From: an uncultured virus (IMG/VR IMGVR_UViG_3300029977_000134)
Taxonomy: Duplodnaviria > Heunggongvirae > Uroviricota > Caudoviricetes
Strand: one strand, 5' to 3'
IMG/VR virus record: IMGVR_UViG_3300029977_000134
Length of the DNA stretch: 64,000 bases
Under the pieces are notes generated by a model that saw only the letters and a program-made list of their open reading frames with translations, searched no databases and had not been told where the DNA came from. Positions within the stretch are counted from its first letter, which is position 1, and each line of letters opens with the position of its first letter. Below, piece after piece: positions 1-11,004 of this stretch. The translations under genes and the position numbers were made by a program.

Positions 1-2
1 TT

Positions 3-158
3 GGTGGGTTTAAACTTGGAAAGGATTCTAACGCTACTACCTATGAAACGAGAAGTGGAATGGAAGCAAGGGATGGAATAGCCTGGATAAAACTGTATCT
101 AAAGAAAATGGATGGTAAAGAAAACGGTCGTTATGAAATAGAAGGTTCGATTAGGTAA
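3..158 (+). CDS. 3' end of a hypothetical protein (starts before the window)
   Basis: Open frame GGFKLGKDSN...EIEGSIR to TAA 156-158, followed by the AGGAGG RBS of the next gene. Confidence 0.7.
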   Translation, partial: GGFKLGKDSNATTYETRSGMEARDGIAWIKLYLKKMDGKENGRYEIEGSIR

Positions 159-170
159 GGAGGATTTTCT

Positions 171-1193
171 ATGAATAAAACTATTTTAAAGTATGCTCAA
201 CTTGTTCCAGATGAGAAAGTGGTACAGAAAGCAAAAGAGCTTGGAATTCCTGAAGAAATGGTGTTAACCCACCATGAACCTAAGAAAGAGATTGGAGTTC
301 CTTATGTTACCGATCTAAGTCAGGTGAAGTTTGTTATTGACAGAAATAAAGCTCCAAAGTATACACCGTTTGGTATAATCCTTCCAGCTGATGAGTCAAA
401 AGGAAAGGTTGTTGATTTAAATGAAAGGAAGGTTATCGAAGGTGAAGGAACTGTTCCAGAGGGATTTTATACAGAGGTTAAAGACCTGATAGATGGAATA
501 AACAAACTGATTGGTGAGATAGAGAGTTTGAAAGAGACAACTACGAGATTAAGGGAAGAATATTCGAGAATAATTCAGCCTTATGTAAATGAGGTTAAAG
601 TAATGGAAAATGAATTAAACCGCAGAATTCTTGACCTTTTCTGGCAGCTTTACAATGCTGGGGTTAAGGCGGTAAAGGCTGGAGATATCTTTTATACTTT
701 GAAAGCTCAACTTGAAAGAACGGGTAAAGTTAATCGTGAAAAATTGAGAGATGTTCTTCAGATTCTTGCAAAGCTCATTTACAAATCTCATGGTATTCTG
801 CTTGATGTTAATACAATTCTTCAATCTGCGATGGGTAAAAAGCTGGTTGTTGAGCTTAACCGTCTTGGAGATATTACTAATGTTTTGAAGCAAACTGTAC
901 TGGAGCCTACAGCAATAACACCGACAATACCAGCAACACCAACAGCTCCAACACCACCAGTCCAAAATGTTCCAGGTGCAGCGGTTAACAGACCAACGCC
1001 TGAGACAATTTCCACACCACCTCAACCACAGAAGACTTCAAGTATAAATGTAAGTGAGGAAGACTTTGAATTGCAGAAGAAGATAGTTCTTGAAAATTTG
1101 AAGGAAGCTGAGTCTATTATCAAGGGTGCGAGCGTATTCTTTGACAACCTCTTAGTATCAGCTGAAGCTATAGTTGCATATATCGAGGAATAG
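171..1193 (+). CDS. Hypothetical protein, coiled-coil with Pro/Thr-rich linker (probable virion protein)
   Basis: 340-aa ORF with AGGAGG RBS, in the head operon. Confidence 0.75.
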   Translation: MNKTILKYAQLVPDEKVVQKAKELGIPEEMVLTHHEPKKEIGVPYVTDLSQVKFVIDRNKAPKYTPFGIILPADESKGKVVDLNERKVIEGEGTVPEGFYTEVKDLIDGINKLIGEIESLKETTTRLREEYSRIIQPYVNEVKVMENELNRRILDLFWQLYNAGVKAVKAGDIFYTLKAQLERTGKVNREKLRDVLQILAKLIYKSHGILLDVNTILQSAMGKKLVVELNRLGDITNVLKQTVLEPTAITPTIPATPTAPTPPVQNVPGAAVNRPTPETISTPPQPQKTSSINVSEEDFELQKKIVLENLKEAESIIKGASVFFDNLLVSAEAIVAYIEE

Positions 1194-1198
1194 TAAAT

Positions 1199-4100
1199 AT
1201 GAAAAAGAAAGCAGGACTTCTTGATTACATATTAACCGATCCTTTTACGACATCAAGTGATCATTGGAGAAAGGCTTTTGATGAAACATTAAATTCAATT
1301 CAAAGTGCCATTACATCTCTTGCTAAGAGTCTGCAGGATAGTGCTAGTGGGAAATTAAAACCGTCTAAAGAACAACTGCAGGCCGAGTTGAAGACTCTTG
1401 AAGCTATCATAACTTTTCTTAAAAGCTGGAAAAATGAGCCTAAATACGGCTGGGAAATTGACAAGATTGCGTTCAACCCGGATGGAACTGTAAAGACGAA
1501 ATATCTTATAGATACACTGAGTTCAAGTTTATTTTCACTTTATAGTTGTACCTTAAAGCAATTTCATGGCGAAGTTACAGCTTCAATACTTGCTTTCGGT
1601 AAAGTGAAAAAGAAAAAGGAAACTTATAAAGACTATGATGAATTTTTAGATGAGCTAGACGATATTTTCAGTGAAAAGGGTTCAGATATTGAATCGTTAC
1701 TTTACGAGATAGAAAAGAGGAAGTCTAGAATCATAAAGTTCCTTTATGAGTCTCAACTTTTGGTTTCTTCATTAGTTCTTAATAGAATCTTTGACGTTAA
1801 AAGAGAGAGGGTAGTCCTCCACCAGCTTAAATCAATCGTTAACAGTCTTGATAAGGCTCAAGTTGAAAGGGCTACTTTTGCTTTGAGGTCTTTGTTCTGT
1901 GCAATAGCAAGTGGTGGTCTTGCTGCTAATAGAGCATGTTTATTCTCTCTTGGTAGCTATCTTGGAATTCTTGGTGAGATTACGATGCTTGAAAAAGCGA
2001 TGTTGAAAAGCGGTAGAGAGGGTGGAGATGATGAAGAAGGTGGTGAGTTTGAAGACATACAAATAGAAGCATCAGCTTCTGCAAAGGGAATTGTAGTTAG
2101 AGGTGGCCGCCCCAAGAGTAGAAAAGAAGCTTTAAGCAATCCTGGTGTGGTAGAAATAGTGGAAAACATTTATAAGAAAGCTTATTCTAGGCTTCTTTTC
2201 CTTGCTCAAGCTTTGTATATACTTTATCCGGTTTACACAGAAGGGAAGGACAAATTCCCAAAGTGTGGAAGGTCTAATATAGCTCCTGCATTAGTCTTAA
2301 TGAAAACATACCTTGACAGGATTTTTAAGGATATTCCTTGGAATATTGAAGCAAACATATCTGATACACCTGAAGGAATAGCTTCTGGTGCTGCAGTTAT
2401 TTTGACTTATTTTATTGTTGATACTGTGTGGGCAAAGATTAGCGAAACCGAAACTGATAGAGTTTATTCCGAATTTTACGGTATAGCAGACTACATAACT
2501 GGGGATGTAGGTAGTGGGCTTGAGGATATAAAATCTTCTGCGAAGGCCTTTTTTGAAGAAGTTAAAACTATACTTAAGGAAATCACCGGTAGTAGAGTAA
2601 AGAAAAACACTGAACAAAGTAGAAACGTATCTGGTTCTGTTTCCAAGTTTGCCCAAGAAAGTCCAAGCGTCGGCTTTGAAACTGAAGGTGTTGATGATGA
2701 GATTGTTGAATGGATACACAGAGTAATCAAGGACGCAAATGTTAAGTCAATTCCTAAAGAGCTAGAGGACAGGGCTAATGAGATATTAAACAAGGCTTTT
2801 GGAAGTGGAGAAGATAATGTCCTGCTTTTATTCTATAGAGTTGCTGCTTACCATGTAGTCTTACAAGATATACTTAGCAAAAGACTAATACCAGATGATG
2901 TTAAGGAAAAGGTAATTGGTAATATTGAAAGATCAATTGAGCTATTTAATAACTTGAAGGCCAAGATTGAGTCTTTGCTTTTGTATATAGACAAGATAAT
3001 ACTATCAGCTGAAAAAGGTCAAGGAACCAAAGAGACTGAAAAAATAAAGAGAGCATTAGTTTCAAAGTTAAGTGAGGTCAGGAAGTTAAAAGAAAAGGCA
3101 GTAAACGAAGTTAAGTCTGTAGTTAAAAAGATTTTACCAGATTTTAGTGGAATACGGGAGTTCCCTCTAATAGATAGAAGAATTGCTACAGAAATAATAA
3201 AAAGAACTGCTGAGGGGATTCTTCGTGACCGAAGTCTTGTCGAGAAAGTAATATGTCCAGTAGTCTGTAAGCTGGATGAATGGCTTGAAACTTTAGATGC
3301 TGATGTGGAAGGGGGTACAAATATTGGATATGAAGAATTAGGGAAAAGATTGATATCTAAAGTATTTGAGGATGCCGGTAATGCTGTTGTTGAGAAAGTG
3401 CACTTAGTTGTCAATGAACTCATGGATGAAATAGATGACCCTACAGTTAGGAGGTTGCTAAGTGAATCGCTTAAAAATATTCAGCACAGTGACCTACGAG
3501 ATGCACTAAAGATTGTGTTTAAAGAAGTAATTGATAAGAAGATGTGTAAATGTATTGGTGGAAGTGGTGAAACTAAATCTGGAAGTCTCACTTTGAAAGT
3601 AGGAGAGAAGAAAGGAAAGAAGAAAGAAGAAGAGAAGAGTAAAAGGAAGGTTCGCAAATCACCAAGACCTGGTTATGATGAGGTTGTAAGGAGTGCAATT
3701 AACTTTGATAATTTTGCTAGAACCATGTTGATAGTTGGAGACGATGATGATAATATAATTAAAGCAGCATTAAAGGCAGCTGTGGTTGTTGACCCGATTC
3801 TTTACAGATTTTTCAGCAATTTGATATCCATGGAAAAAAGGTTTTCTGATCCTAAGAAGAAAGTTTCTCCAGAGGCTGTGAGGGGTACGATAAGTGGTTT
3901 AAAGCACGCTTTATTATTTTTGAGAGGTTCAGAAAGTGCTATTTTAAGTACGGGTCTTTGGGGTGGTGATTCACCTTATAGTAAAGAAGTTATAGATAAT
4001 GTGTGGAATGAGCTTACAGAAATATTGAGCGGATTTGTTGAGATATTAGAAAAATATAAAGAGCGATGGGGGAATGTTGCAGGCAGTGAAAAGGAGCCAC

Positions 4101-7100
4101 CACTTGATCCAGATGCATCGAAGAAGTGTTATGAGTTAGCGGAAAAAGCTAAGAAGGCAATTGAGGAATTTATTTCTACCGTTGCCAATTCTTATGCACA
4201 GTATTTAATTCACACACAGTATTTGATTAATCTGATTAAATCGAAAGTCGTAGAGGTGTATAAGAAGAATTCCGATAATTTGCTAAGGGAGCTGAAGAAG
4301 AAGCCATTTCCTAAGAAGCTGAAAAGTTTGAATGATTTTTCTAAAATTTTACAGGAAGCTGGTATTGATGAAGAGGGGGCTTTGTTGAATGAGATTCATA
4401 ACTTTGCGACGGGTATACTTAATGACAAAACCTTAGGAAACGTAACGAAACTTCTTGAGCCCTACAGGGATACACTTACATCATGGGTAGAAAATTTCGC
4501 AAGTTTAGTGACAGATATAATATTATCTCTAGAGGGCTTCGAGAAGGGCGAGGTTTCATTTGAAAAAGTACAAGAAAACGTAAATAAATTAGTAGAATTT
4601 GTATCTAGTCCAATAGATGAAAGCAGGGGTAAAACTTTAGAACAATTAAAAGAGGATTTAGAGGAGCTTAATATAAATAAGGTTTATGAGGTTCTTAAGG
4701 TATTGTATAGTACGGGCGAGAAGTTAAAAGAGAAGCTTAAGAACCTGGAGAGTGAGCATTCTGTATTTGGCTTTTCAAAGATTTCTATATCTGGTTCCCC
4801 CAGCGATTCTAAAACAGAAATACATATTGAGGTGCTCGATAAAGTAATTTCTCAGATTTTAGAGACTATACAGAGAATCTTGACAATTGATGAACATGAC
4901 CTACTTACATTACTGAAACAACTGAAAAATTTTGATAAAACTATCGATGCACTTGAGAAAATAGTTAAAATCAAGCAGGCATCAGTAGGAGACGATGAAG
5001 ATGATGAGACAGAGGACGAAGCGGAAGATGAAATAGAAGATGAAGCATCTGAAGAAGAAGGGCAGGAGGAAGGGCAAGAAGAAAGTGAAAAGCCAACACC
5101 TGCTAGAGGAAGAGGTAGGTCTGCACCTGCCAAGAGGAGAAGGAAACGTGATGAGGGGGAGACTGGAACAGGAAGGACTAGATCTACAGTGATGGAAGCT
5201 TTGAAGAAACTTACGGATATTCTATCTAGTGTTGGAATAGATCTTTCAAGTGTTTCAAGATTTGTAAATAATCTCCTCGATCTAAATGATTATGCAGGCA
5301 ACTTAGCAGATATTATAAAAATTCAATATAGAACTTATTTTAACCCAATATACTTCTTGATTGCAAAAGATCTTGGAATTGAGATCGACGATGTTGAAAA
5401 GTACAAAAAACTGACTTCAAAAATTTTAGATTATGTAGATCTAAAAAGTATTCAGTCTACTGAAGTTGGTGAAAGGGGTGAAGAAGGACGTGTTGAGCCA
5501 GAAAAGGTTGAGGCTCCAGAACCTGAAGTGGTAGAGGAAAGGACTACTAGGCCCGAAGAAACTGTAATTCCTGAAAGCAGAAGAGAAGAGGTCGAAGAGG
5601 AAATTACTGAACCAGAGGTGCCACAGACAGCAGAAGAAGTTGAAGAGGAAGCAGTGGAAACAGTTGAGCCCGAGGAAGTGCAGGCTCCAGAAGCTGAAGA
5701 GGTGGTTGAAGAAGAACAGGTTCAAGAAGTTGGAGAGGCACCTGAAACCAGGCCTGAAGCAGAAGAGGTTGAGGAAGGAGTTGAAGAAGAAACTACAGAG
5801 GTTAAACCTGAAGTTGAGGAAGAGGTTGAAGAGGAAGTCGTAGAAGCTGAGCCTGAGATTGAAGAAGAGGAGCAAGTACCTGAACCTATTAGTGCTGAAG
5901 AAATAGTAGAGAGCTTGCAAGAGTCTGTTGTAGGTGGTGCTACTGTTGAGGAGCTTGAGCAACTTGAGAGTGGAAGCGATGAGGATGTTATATCAAAGGT
6001 AAGTAAGGTACTTTCTGAAAAGGTTTCGAAAGGTGAAATCCCTGTTGCAACTGAGTTAAGACTTCTCTACCCAATTTTGTATGTTGTGGTGGGAAAGGAG
6101 CTTGCTGACCTTGTTGTTTCATTCTATGGTGCATCTTTTGTGAATTTTGTAAGCTTTTCTGTTGGTGTTAAAGATGAAGAGGAGTTAAGGGGTTTACTGG
6201 ATCCTGAAAACTTATCACCAGAGGAAAGGCGGGTAATTTCTGAAATACAACGCAGAATAAAAGAAGATAAAGAAATAACTGATATTCTTAGTAATACGGA
6301 AAATCTGAAAGAGAATGTTGTTTTTGTTGTTGATAAAGTGACTGGAATAGTGAGGGAATTGAAGCAGACATACGGTGATACTTTGGAAAATCTCTTCAAT
6401 AAGAGTGCTGAGCATGTATCCGTAAGCGTTAAGGTTGATGAAGGAATTGTTCCGATTATAAAGGATTACATAAGAAAGAACATCAAAATCTTAGAGTTGT
6501 CAAGAGAACTTGTTCCAGAGGGTACTGTAACCCCGACTTTTTTGGATAGTGAGGAGAAGGTTAAAGTTCTTGATGAACTCTTTAAGATCGAAGGAAATGT
6601 TCTCGAAAGATATCTTCCTAGAGCTTTTACAAGAGAGCTGGTATCAAAAGATATCTTCTTTGAGAAAGATGAGATACTGAGATTAATGAGATCTGCCTCT
6701 TCTACTTTCTATACTAAGTTCAAAGAAAGGTATGGTGAAGAAGTTCCTTCTCTTTGGCATAATGTAAGTGAGCCGAATGGTAAGATTGTTTTTGCGATGA
6801 AAAGGTATGTGACTATTTCACGGGAGGAAGAAGAAGTTCCTTCTTTCATAACAACGATATCTTCCGAAAAGTTTAAATTGCTTGCAAAAGTAATGAGGGA
6901 GAAAGGAGCTAATATTCCTGATGAAGAAGTTGAGAGAGTTTCAGAACTAATGGATACTGCTAACCTGATAGTCGAAACGGCTGAAAGTCTTGTTGACGGT
7001 GGTATATCTGAATTCTTGAAAGGAGAAAATGTTGTTAACATAATTTCAGATTCCGTTGCAAAAGGCATAAATGAAGCATATGGTCTTAAAGAGGTAAATG

Positions 7101-8653
7101 AACTTTCCGAGACAGTAAAGAGAATACCTGAAGCAAATACAAGTGATTTGGTCAAGGTAGCCTCTGATTTCAGTAATGAAGTTAAAGGTTCACTTGGTGA
7201 GGTGTTAGATAGATCTGGAATTGATATTGAAAAGATTCTTGATAAGGTTCAGAATGACCTCTTCAGTGCCTTTAAGGAATATGCAGAGAGCAAGAAGATT
7301 AAGATTTCAGAAACTATTAAGACCATTGCCGAAAGGGTTGAGAGGCTACCAGTCGGGAAAGATTTAAAGAGAGATTTGAAAGAGATATTGGAATCTGGAA
7401 AAGTTGAAGAGGAAGACCTTATATCAATTATGAGTTATTTACTCTTTGATGTTGCATTTGTAAATACTGTTATACTTAAAGAGTTGCTTAGAGCTGTGGC
7501 AAATGGAAGTGTTGCTAATAGAAAGAATGCTGAGAAGATTTTAAAAGAGGCTCTTGCTAATTCCATTCTTGCTGATGTCCCTGAGGATAAAAGAGATGTT
7601 GCTTTGAAAAACTTCATAGAAGCTATCAAGGAAGAAGGTATGATTCCACCGATTGTACTTGATTTACCAGTAGGAAGGAATACCAAGTTTGGAAAGATAT
7701 TTATTGAAGCTGGAAGGGCAAAGATTGATGAAGATGAATTTAGATTATTTGCAAAACGTGTACTTGGTGAGCTTGGTAAAATTTCTGGTAGGTTAGCTTT
7801 ATCGGGTGCTCTTGAGACTACCGGTTTTGCATCGGTATGGGGGGCGTTTAGTGATTTCTTCAGGTCCTTGCAGAAAATGTCAGCCGCACTTCTTTTAGGG
7901 TCAGTAAATAAGGATGAGGGTGTTATTAGAATCGGAAAAGAAGAATTTGTTCAAGCTAAAGAAAAGGCAGTTAATAGTTTGGAAAATATCAAAAAGCTTC
8001 TACATCAAAGGTTCGGAAAAGAAAGTAAAGCTGCAAAGGATATTACCAGAGCAATTGAAGAAGCAAAGAGAAATATCAGGGAAATTGAGGCTAAGCTTTC
8101 GGGTGTTGGTGATGTTCTTGATTTATCTAAATCGATGGAACTTTCAAGAAATCTTGTAAATATAGCCGCAATTGCACTTTCCAGATTGTTTGCAGATTTT
8201 GACGATGCTGAATTCGACGAATTCAAAGCGTTAGCTAAAAATGTTGAAAATCTTTCTAATATTCTTTATGGGTATGTTGCTTTTATAAGCAGAACGTTAA
8301 AGATGGGATTTGTAGATGATTTGCCTGAAATAGCAGCTCTCGTTGCATCTTTCTCACAGAGAGGCTCTGGAGAAAGCACAACTGCTTCACTGAAGCTTTC
8401 AATTGTCAAGAAGGCTGCAGTTGGTGACGAGATTGATCTTGAAGCTCTTGCAGAAATGCTGTACAACCTTGCTGAACAAAATAATTCAGTTGCACATTAT
8501 TACCTATTGCAGAAAGTATTGCAGGCAATAGCCATTAGAGATTCTATAGCAAACGGGCTTCCTATTGATCTTACCAGACTTCTCAAGGAATTTAAGTCAA
8601 ACAAAGTGTTCCTCGGACTTGCCACTTTACAATTCGCCATAAATAAACTATAA
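1199..8653 (+). CDS. Giant 2484-aa helical protein with acidic low-complexity linkers (probable internal virion protein)
   Basis: Uninterrupted ORF; Asp/Glu tract and Glu/Pro/Val-rich tract at ~4990-5960; no recognisable catalytic motif. Confidence 0.75.
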   Translation: MKKKAGLLDYILTDPFTTSSDHWRKAFDETLNSIQSAITSLAKSLQDSASGKLKPSKEQLQAELKTLEAIITFLKSWKNEPKYGWEIDKIAFNPDGTVKTKYLIDTLSSSLFSLYSCTLKQFHGEVTASILAFGKVKKKKETYKDYDEFLDELDDIFSEKGSDIESLLYEIEKRKSRIIKFLYESQLLVSSLVLNRIFDVKRERVVLHQLKSIVNSLDKAQVERATFALRSLFCAIASGGLAANRACLFSLGSYLGILGEITMLEKAMLKSGREGGDDEEGGEFEDIQIEASASAKGIVVRGGRPKSRKEALSNPGVVEIVENIYKKAYSRLLFLAQALYILYPVYTEGKDKFPKCGRSNIAPALVLMKTYLDRIFKDIPWNIEANISDTPEGIASGAAVILTYFIVDTVWAKISETETDRVYSEFYGIADYITGDVGSGLEDIKSSAKAFFEEVKTILKEITGSRVKKNTEQSRNVSGSVSKFAQESPSVGFETEGVDDEIVEWIHRVIKDANVKSIPKELEDRANEILNKAFGSGEDNVLLLFYRVAAYHVVLQDILSKRLIPDDVKEKVIGNIERSIELFNNLKAKIESLLLYIDKIILSAEKGQGTKETEKIKRALVSKLSEVRKLKEKAVNEVKSVVKKILPDFSGIREFPLIDRRIATEIIKRTAEGILRDRSLVEKVICPVVCKLDEWLETLDADVEGGTNIGYEELGKRLISKVFEDAGNAVVEKVHLVVNELMDEIDDPTVRRLLSESLKNIQHSDLRDALKIVFKEVIDKKMCKCIGGSGETKSGSLTLKVGEKKGKKKEEEKSKRKVRKSPRPGYDEVVRSAINFDNFARTMLIVGDDDDNIIKAALKAAVVVDPILYRFFSNLISMEKRFSDPKKKVSPEAVRGTISGLKHALLFLRGSESAILSTGLWGGDSPYSKEVIDNVWNELTEILSGFVEILEKYKERWGNVAGSEKEPPLDPDASKKCYELAEKAKKAIEEFISTVANSYAQYLIHTQYLINLIKSKVVEVYKKNSDNLLRELKKKPFPKKLKSLNDFSKILQEAGIDEEGALLNEIHNFATGILNDKTLGNVTKLLEPYRDTLTSWVENFASLVTDIILSLEGFEKGEVSFEKVQENVNKLVEFVSSPIDESRGKTLEQLKEDLEELNINKVYEVLKVLYSTGEKLKEKLKNLESEHSVFGFSKISISGSPSDSKTEIHIEVLDKVISQILETIQRILTIDEHDLLTLLKQLKNFDKTIDALEKIVKIKQASVGDDEDDETEDEAEDEIEDEASEEEGQEEGQEESEKPTPARGRGRSAPAKRRRKRDEGETGTGRTRSTVMEALKKLTDILSSVGIDLSSVSRFVNNLLDLNDYAGNLADIIKIQYRTYFNPIYFLIAKDLGIEIDDVEKYKKLTSKILDYVDLKSIQSTEVGERGEEGRVEPEKVEAPEPEVVEERTTRPEETVIPESRREEVEEEITEPEVPQTAEEVEEEAVETVEPEEVQAPEAEEVVEEEQVQEVGEAPETRPEAEEVEEGVEEETTEVKPEVEEEVEEEVVEAEPEIEEEEQVPEPISAEEIVESLQESVVGGATVEELEQLESGSDEDVISKVSKVLSEKVSKGEIPVATELRLLYPILYVVVGKELADLVVSFYGASFVNFVSFSVGVKDEEELRGLLDPENLSPEERRVISEIQRRIKEDKEITDILSNTENLKENVVFVVDKVTGIVRELKQTYGDTLENLFNKSAEHVSVSVKVDEGIVPIIKDYIRKNIKILELSRELVPEGTVTPTFLDSEEKVKVLDELFKIEGNVLERYLPRAFTRELVSKDIFFEKDEILRLMRSASSTFYTKFKERYGEEVPSLWHNVSEPNGKIVFAMKRYVTISREEEEVPSFITTISSEKFKLLAKVMREKGANIPDEEVERVSELMDTANLIVETAESLVDGGISEFLKGENVVNIISDSVAKGINEAYGLKEVNELSETVKRIPEANTSDLVKVASDFSNEVKGSLGEVLDRSGIDIEKILDKVQNDLFSAFKEYAESKKIKISETIKTIAERVERLPVGKDLKRDLKEILESGKVEEEDLISIMSYLLFDVAFVNTVILKELLRAVANGSVANRKNAEKILKEALANSILADVPEDKRDVALKNFIEAIKEEGMIPPIVLDLPVGRNTKFGKIFIEAGRAKIDEDEFRLFAKRVLGELGKISGRLALSGALETTGFASVWGAFSDFFRSLQKMSAALLLGSVNKDEGVIRIGKEEFVQAKEKAVNSLENIKKLLHQRFGKESKAAKDITRAIEEAKRNIREIEAKLSGVGDVLDLSKSMELSRNLVNIAAIALSRLFADFDDAEFDEFKALAKNVENLSNILYGYVAFISRTLKMGFVDDLPEIAALVASFSQRGSGESTTASLKLSIVKKAAVGDEIDLEALAEMLYNLAEQNNSVAHYYLLQKVLQAIAIRDSIANGLPIDLTRLLKEFKSNKVFLGLATLQFAINKL

Positions 8654-8663
8654 TAAAAAGACT

Positions 8664-9092
8664 ATGGCATTGGATGTCAATTTTGTGTTTTCCGTAACTC
8701 GCTCTGGCATTGTAGTAATTCCAGAACACAAGGACAAGTTCGTGATTTTGATATCGGCAAGTCCAAATATGGATGAAGTCTACATAGCACGAGTGGTTCC
8801 ATTTGAGATAGTAGAAACAAACCTTGACTTCACTATTCCTGACAACGTAGAGATTGACAGACCTACAATCTTTCCAGCCCTTACAAACAAAAATCTTCAC
8901 TACCAAGTACCAAAACGAACTTTAGAAAGCTTGAAAAAGCTTTATGATGAAGTTGACGGGGAACCAGTTTATGATCCGAATACAAAACTTTACTTCTCCA
9001 AAACACGTATACCTCTTCCAGATAATTATGAGTACATTGGAAGAGGGTATCTATTTGGAAAAACCTATCATATGTATTTAGGAGGTAACTAA
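8664..9092 (+). CDS. Hypothetical protein
   Basis: 142-aa ORF, tightly packed in the operon. Confidence 0.7.
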   Translation: MALDVNFVFSVTRSGIVVIPEHKDKFVILISASPNMDEVYIARVVPFEIVETNLDFTIPDNVEIDRPTIFPALTNKNLHYQVPKRTLESLKKLYDEVDGEPVYDPNTKLYFSKTRIPLPDNYEYIGRGYLFGKTYHMYLGGN

Positions 9093-9505
9093 TGTTTCAA
9101 GCCGTTTATTTACCTGATAAAGATGCTTGGCTTATAAAGGACATCATTAGTTCAAAAGATGTTTTTGAGTACACAATCGATATGGTTCCGCTTGGTTTTG
9201 TGGTTGGAGTTGCCGCTCTCAATGGTAAACTCTCGAGAGAAGATTATCAGAGATTTGTCACCACAGGTCTTGAAGAGCATGAAGTAAAGGAACTTCTCGA
9301 CTGGTTTTTACATTATTACTGGAAGTCTCCAGCAATGGGTGCAACGTTAATTGAAGACTTGAGGGAAATCATCAATGTTTATATGGGTCTTATTAAGGAA
9401 AATCAGGAGAAAGTTTCTTCAGTTGTTTCACTTGAAGAAATTGTAAAAGCAATAAGCAATGCAAGAAAATCACAAGTAGAAAAATATTTAGGAATAAAAG
9501 GCTAG
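9092..9505 (+). CDS. Hypothetical protein
   Basis: 137-aa ORF, AGGAGG RBS, TAATG overlap with upstream stop. Confidence 0.75.
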   Translation: MFQAVYLPDKDAWLIKDIISSKDVFEYTIDMVPLGFVVGVAALNGKLSREDYQRFVTTGLEEHEVKELLDWFLHYYWKSPAMGATLIEDLREIINVYMGLIKENQEKVSSVVSLEEIVKAISNARKSQVEKYLGIKG

Positions 9506-9514
9506 AGGAGCTAT

Positions 9515-10102
9515 ATGAAAGGTGAAGAGATATTCAAAGGTTGGGAAAAGTTAGAAGTAGAAGAAGACAACGCACCTGAAATAGAGCTTGCAGAACTTGT
9601 GCAGGCTCTAATAGAGGTAGCAAAGCAAGAGGGTTATGACGATTACAGAGAATACCTGATATCTGTGATGAGAGACTCTGACTTTGACTATGAAGAACAT
9701 CTTACGTCTATGATAGATGATTATTTACGAGCAATCGCTTTGAAGAAGAAAAAAGACTGGGGTGAAGGCTACTGGGACGAAAACTCTACGTTTGAAGAGT
9801 ATCTACACGAAAGAAAGATTGGACTATTAAATAACCTTGAAAGATTAGAAGAGGAAAGAAAACAAAGAATGCCCTCTTTTATTGAATATGATTATTACAG
9901 AGACAAGTTTGGTGAAAGCAATGTGCAGTTCAGCATGCCAAAGGCAGGTGAAAGCCCTGAGGCTGTGATATATGAGTTTTATGAATATATAATGAAGAAA
10001 TCCCTTGAAACAATCGACAAAGCCTTAAGGGGTGAAATAAAACCAAAACCAAGGCTTGGGATAGAAGAGGAAACTGGAGGAAGGTTAATATCTAATGATT
10101 GA
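9515..10102 (+). CDS. Hypothetical acidic protein
   Basis: 195-aa ORF with GAGGAG RBS. Confidence 0.75.
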   Translation: MKGEEIFKGWEKLEVEEDNAPEIELAELVQALIEVAKQEGYDDYREYLISVMRDSDFDYEEHLTSMIDDYLRAIALKKKKDWGEGYWDENSTFEEYLHERKIGLLNNLERLEEERKQRMPSFIEYDYYRDKFGESNVQFSMPKAGESPEAVIYEFYEYIMKKSLETIDKALRGEIKPKPRLGIEEETGGRLISND

Positions 10103-10116
10103 TTTGGAGGAGTATT

Positions 10117-11004
10117 ATGCCTAATAGAAACTCAATTTTTTGGAACCCAGGTTTAGCCAACAAGGCAAAGACTGGTACAATCAATCCAGTTGATGAAGAT
10201 AGTTATTTAATTGAAAAATTGTCTCAAGTCTTAGAGGAGGTTATATCCGGTAATGTCCAGGAAGAGGAAGAAGATTATCAGGATCCAATAGCTCGCTTTG
10301 CCTCCATTGCCCATAAGTTTTCGAGTGTAAAGAAATGGTCAGACCTTTCTAAAGTTGGTGAAGAGACTTTTCTTGAGATGCCTGGAAATAAACCCGTTGT
10401 CAATCCACCAGTTCAGACAAAGGAAATGGAAATTGAAGATGCCTCTGAAAATAACTTGCCAAAGAAATTTGCAATAGGTAAAAGGGTTGTACATCTTCCT
10501 ACAAGAAGGTATGGAGTTGTGGTTTCTCACGCTACAGACCTTCCATTATTAGCTATTGTTCAGTTTGAAGATGATAAAAGTGTTTCACTGGTTGATATGA
10601 GAGAGCTTGCTTTAGTTGAAGAATTTGAACACAGTCTTGATGAAAGGCCAACCTTTACTCCACCTGGAAAGCCTTCGAAAGATGAAGAAGCCGAAAAAAT
10701 TCTTGAGAGATATCAGATACAGGAACATCCTCAAATTGAGAACCCAATTCTCGAAAAGATAGAAAAGGTTAAAGAGGCTATTAAGGCTGTAATAACTGAT
10801 CCACTTGTTTCACAAAAAATTGTTACCTACCTCACTGAAAACGGAGTTCTAAACATAGATGTTCAGGACTTACTGAAAAATATCGACATTTTGAAGTTGT
10901 CAACCGCTCAAAAGGCTAAACTTGTCAGGGCTTTGATTGACGAGGGAGTTCTAAACAAGGAAGCTTCTATAGTTGTTCTTAAAGAAATTCTCGGGGGAAA
11001 GTAA
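10117..11004 (+). CDS. Hypothetical protein with central SH3/KOW-like domain
   Basis: ATG 10117 after GGAGG; FAIGKRVVH..RYGVVV..IVQFED pattern resembles an SH3-like barrel. Confidence 0.65.
   Translation: MPNRNSIFWNPGLANKAKTGTINPVDEDSYLIEKLSQVLEEVISGNVQEEEEDYQDPIARFASIAHKFSSVKKWSDLSKVGEETFLEMPGNKPVVNPPVQTKEMEIEDASENNLPKKFAIGKRVVHLPTRRYGVVVSHATDLPLLAIVQFEDDKSVSLVDMRELALVEEFEHSLDERPTFTPPGKPSKDEEAEKILERYQIQEHPQIENPILEKIEKVKEAIKAVITDPLVSQKIVTYLTENGVLNIDVQDLLKNIDILKLSTAQKAKLVRALIDEGVLNKEASIVVLKEILGGK

Noticed and set aside
1199..8653. Virion RNA polymerase or tape measure call for the 2484-aa ORF
   Set aside because: No DxDGD-type catalytic motif, tape-measure repeats or tail-gene context recognised
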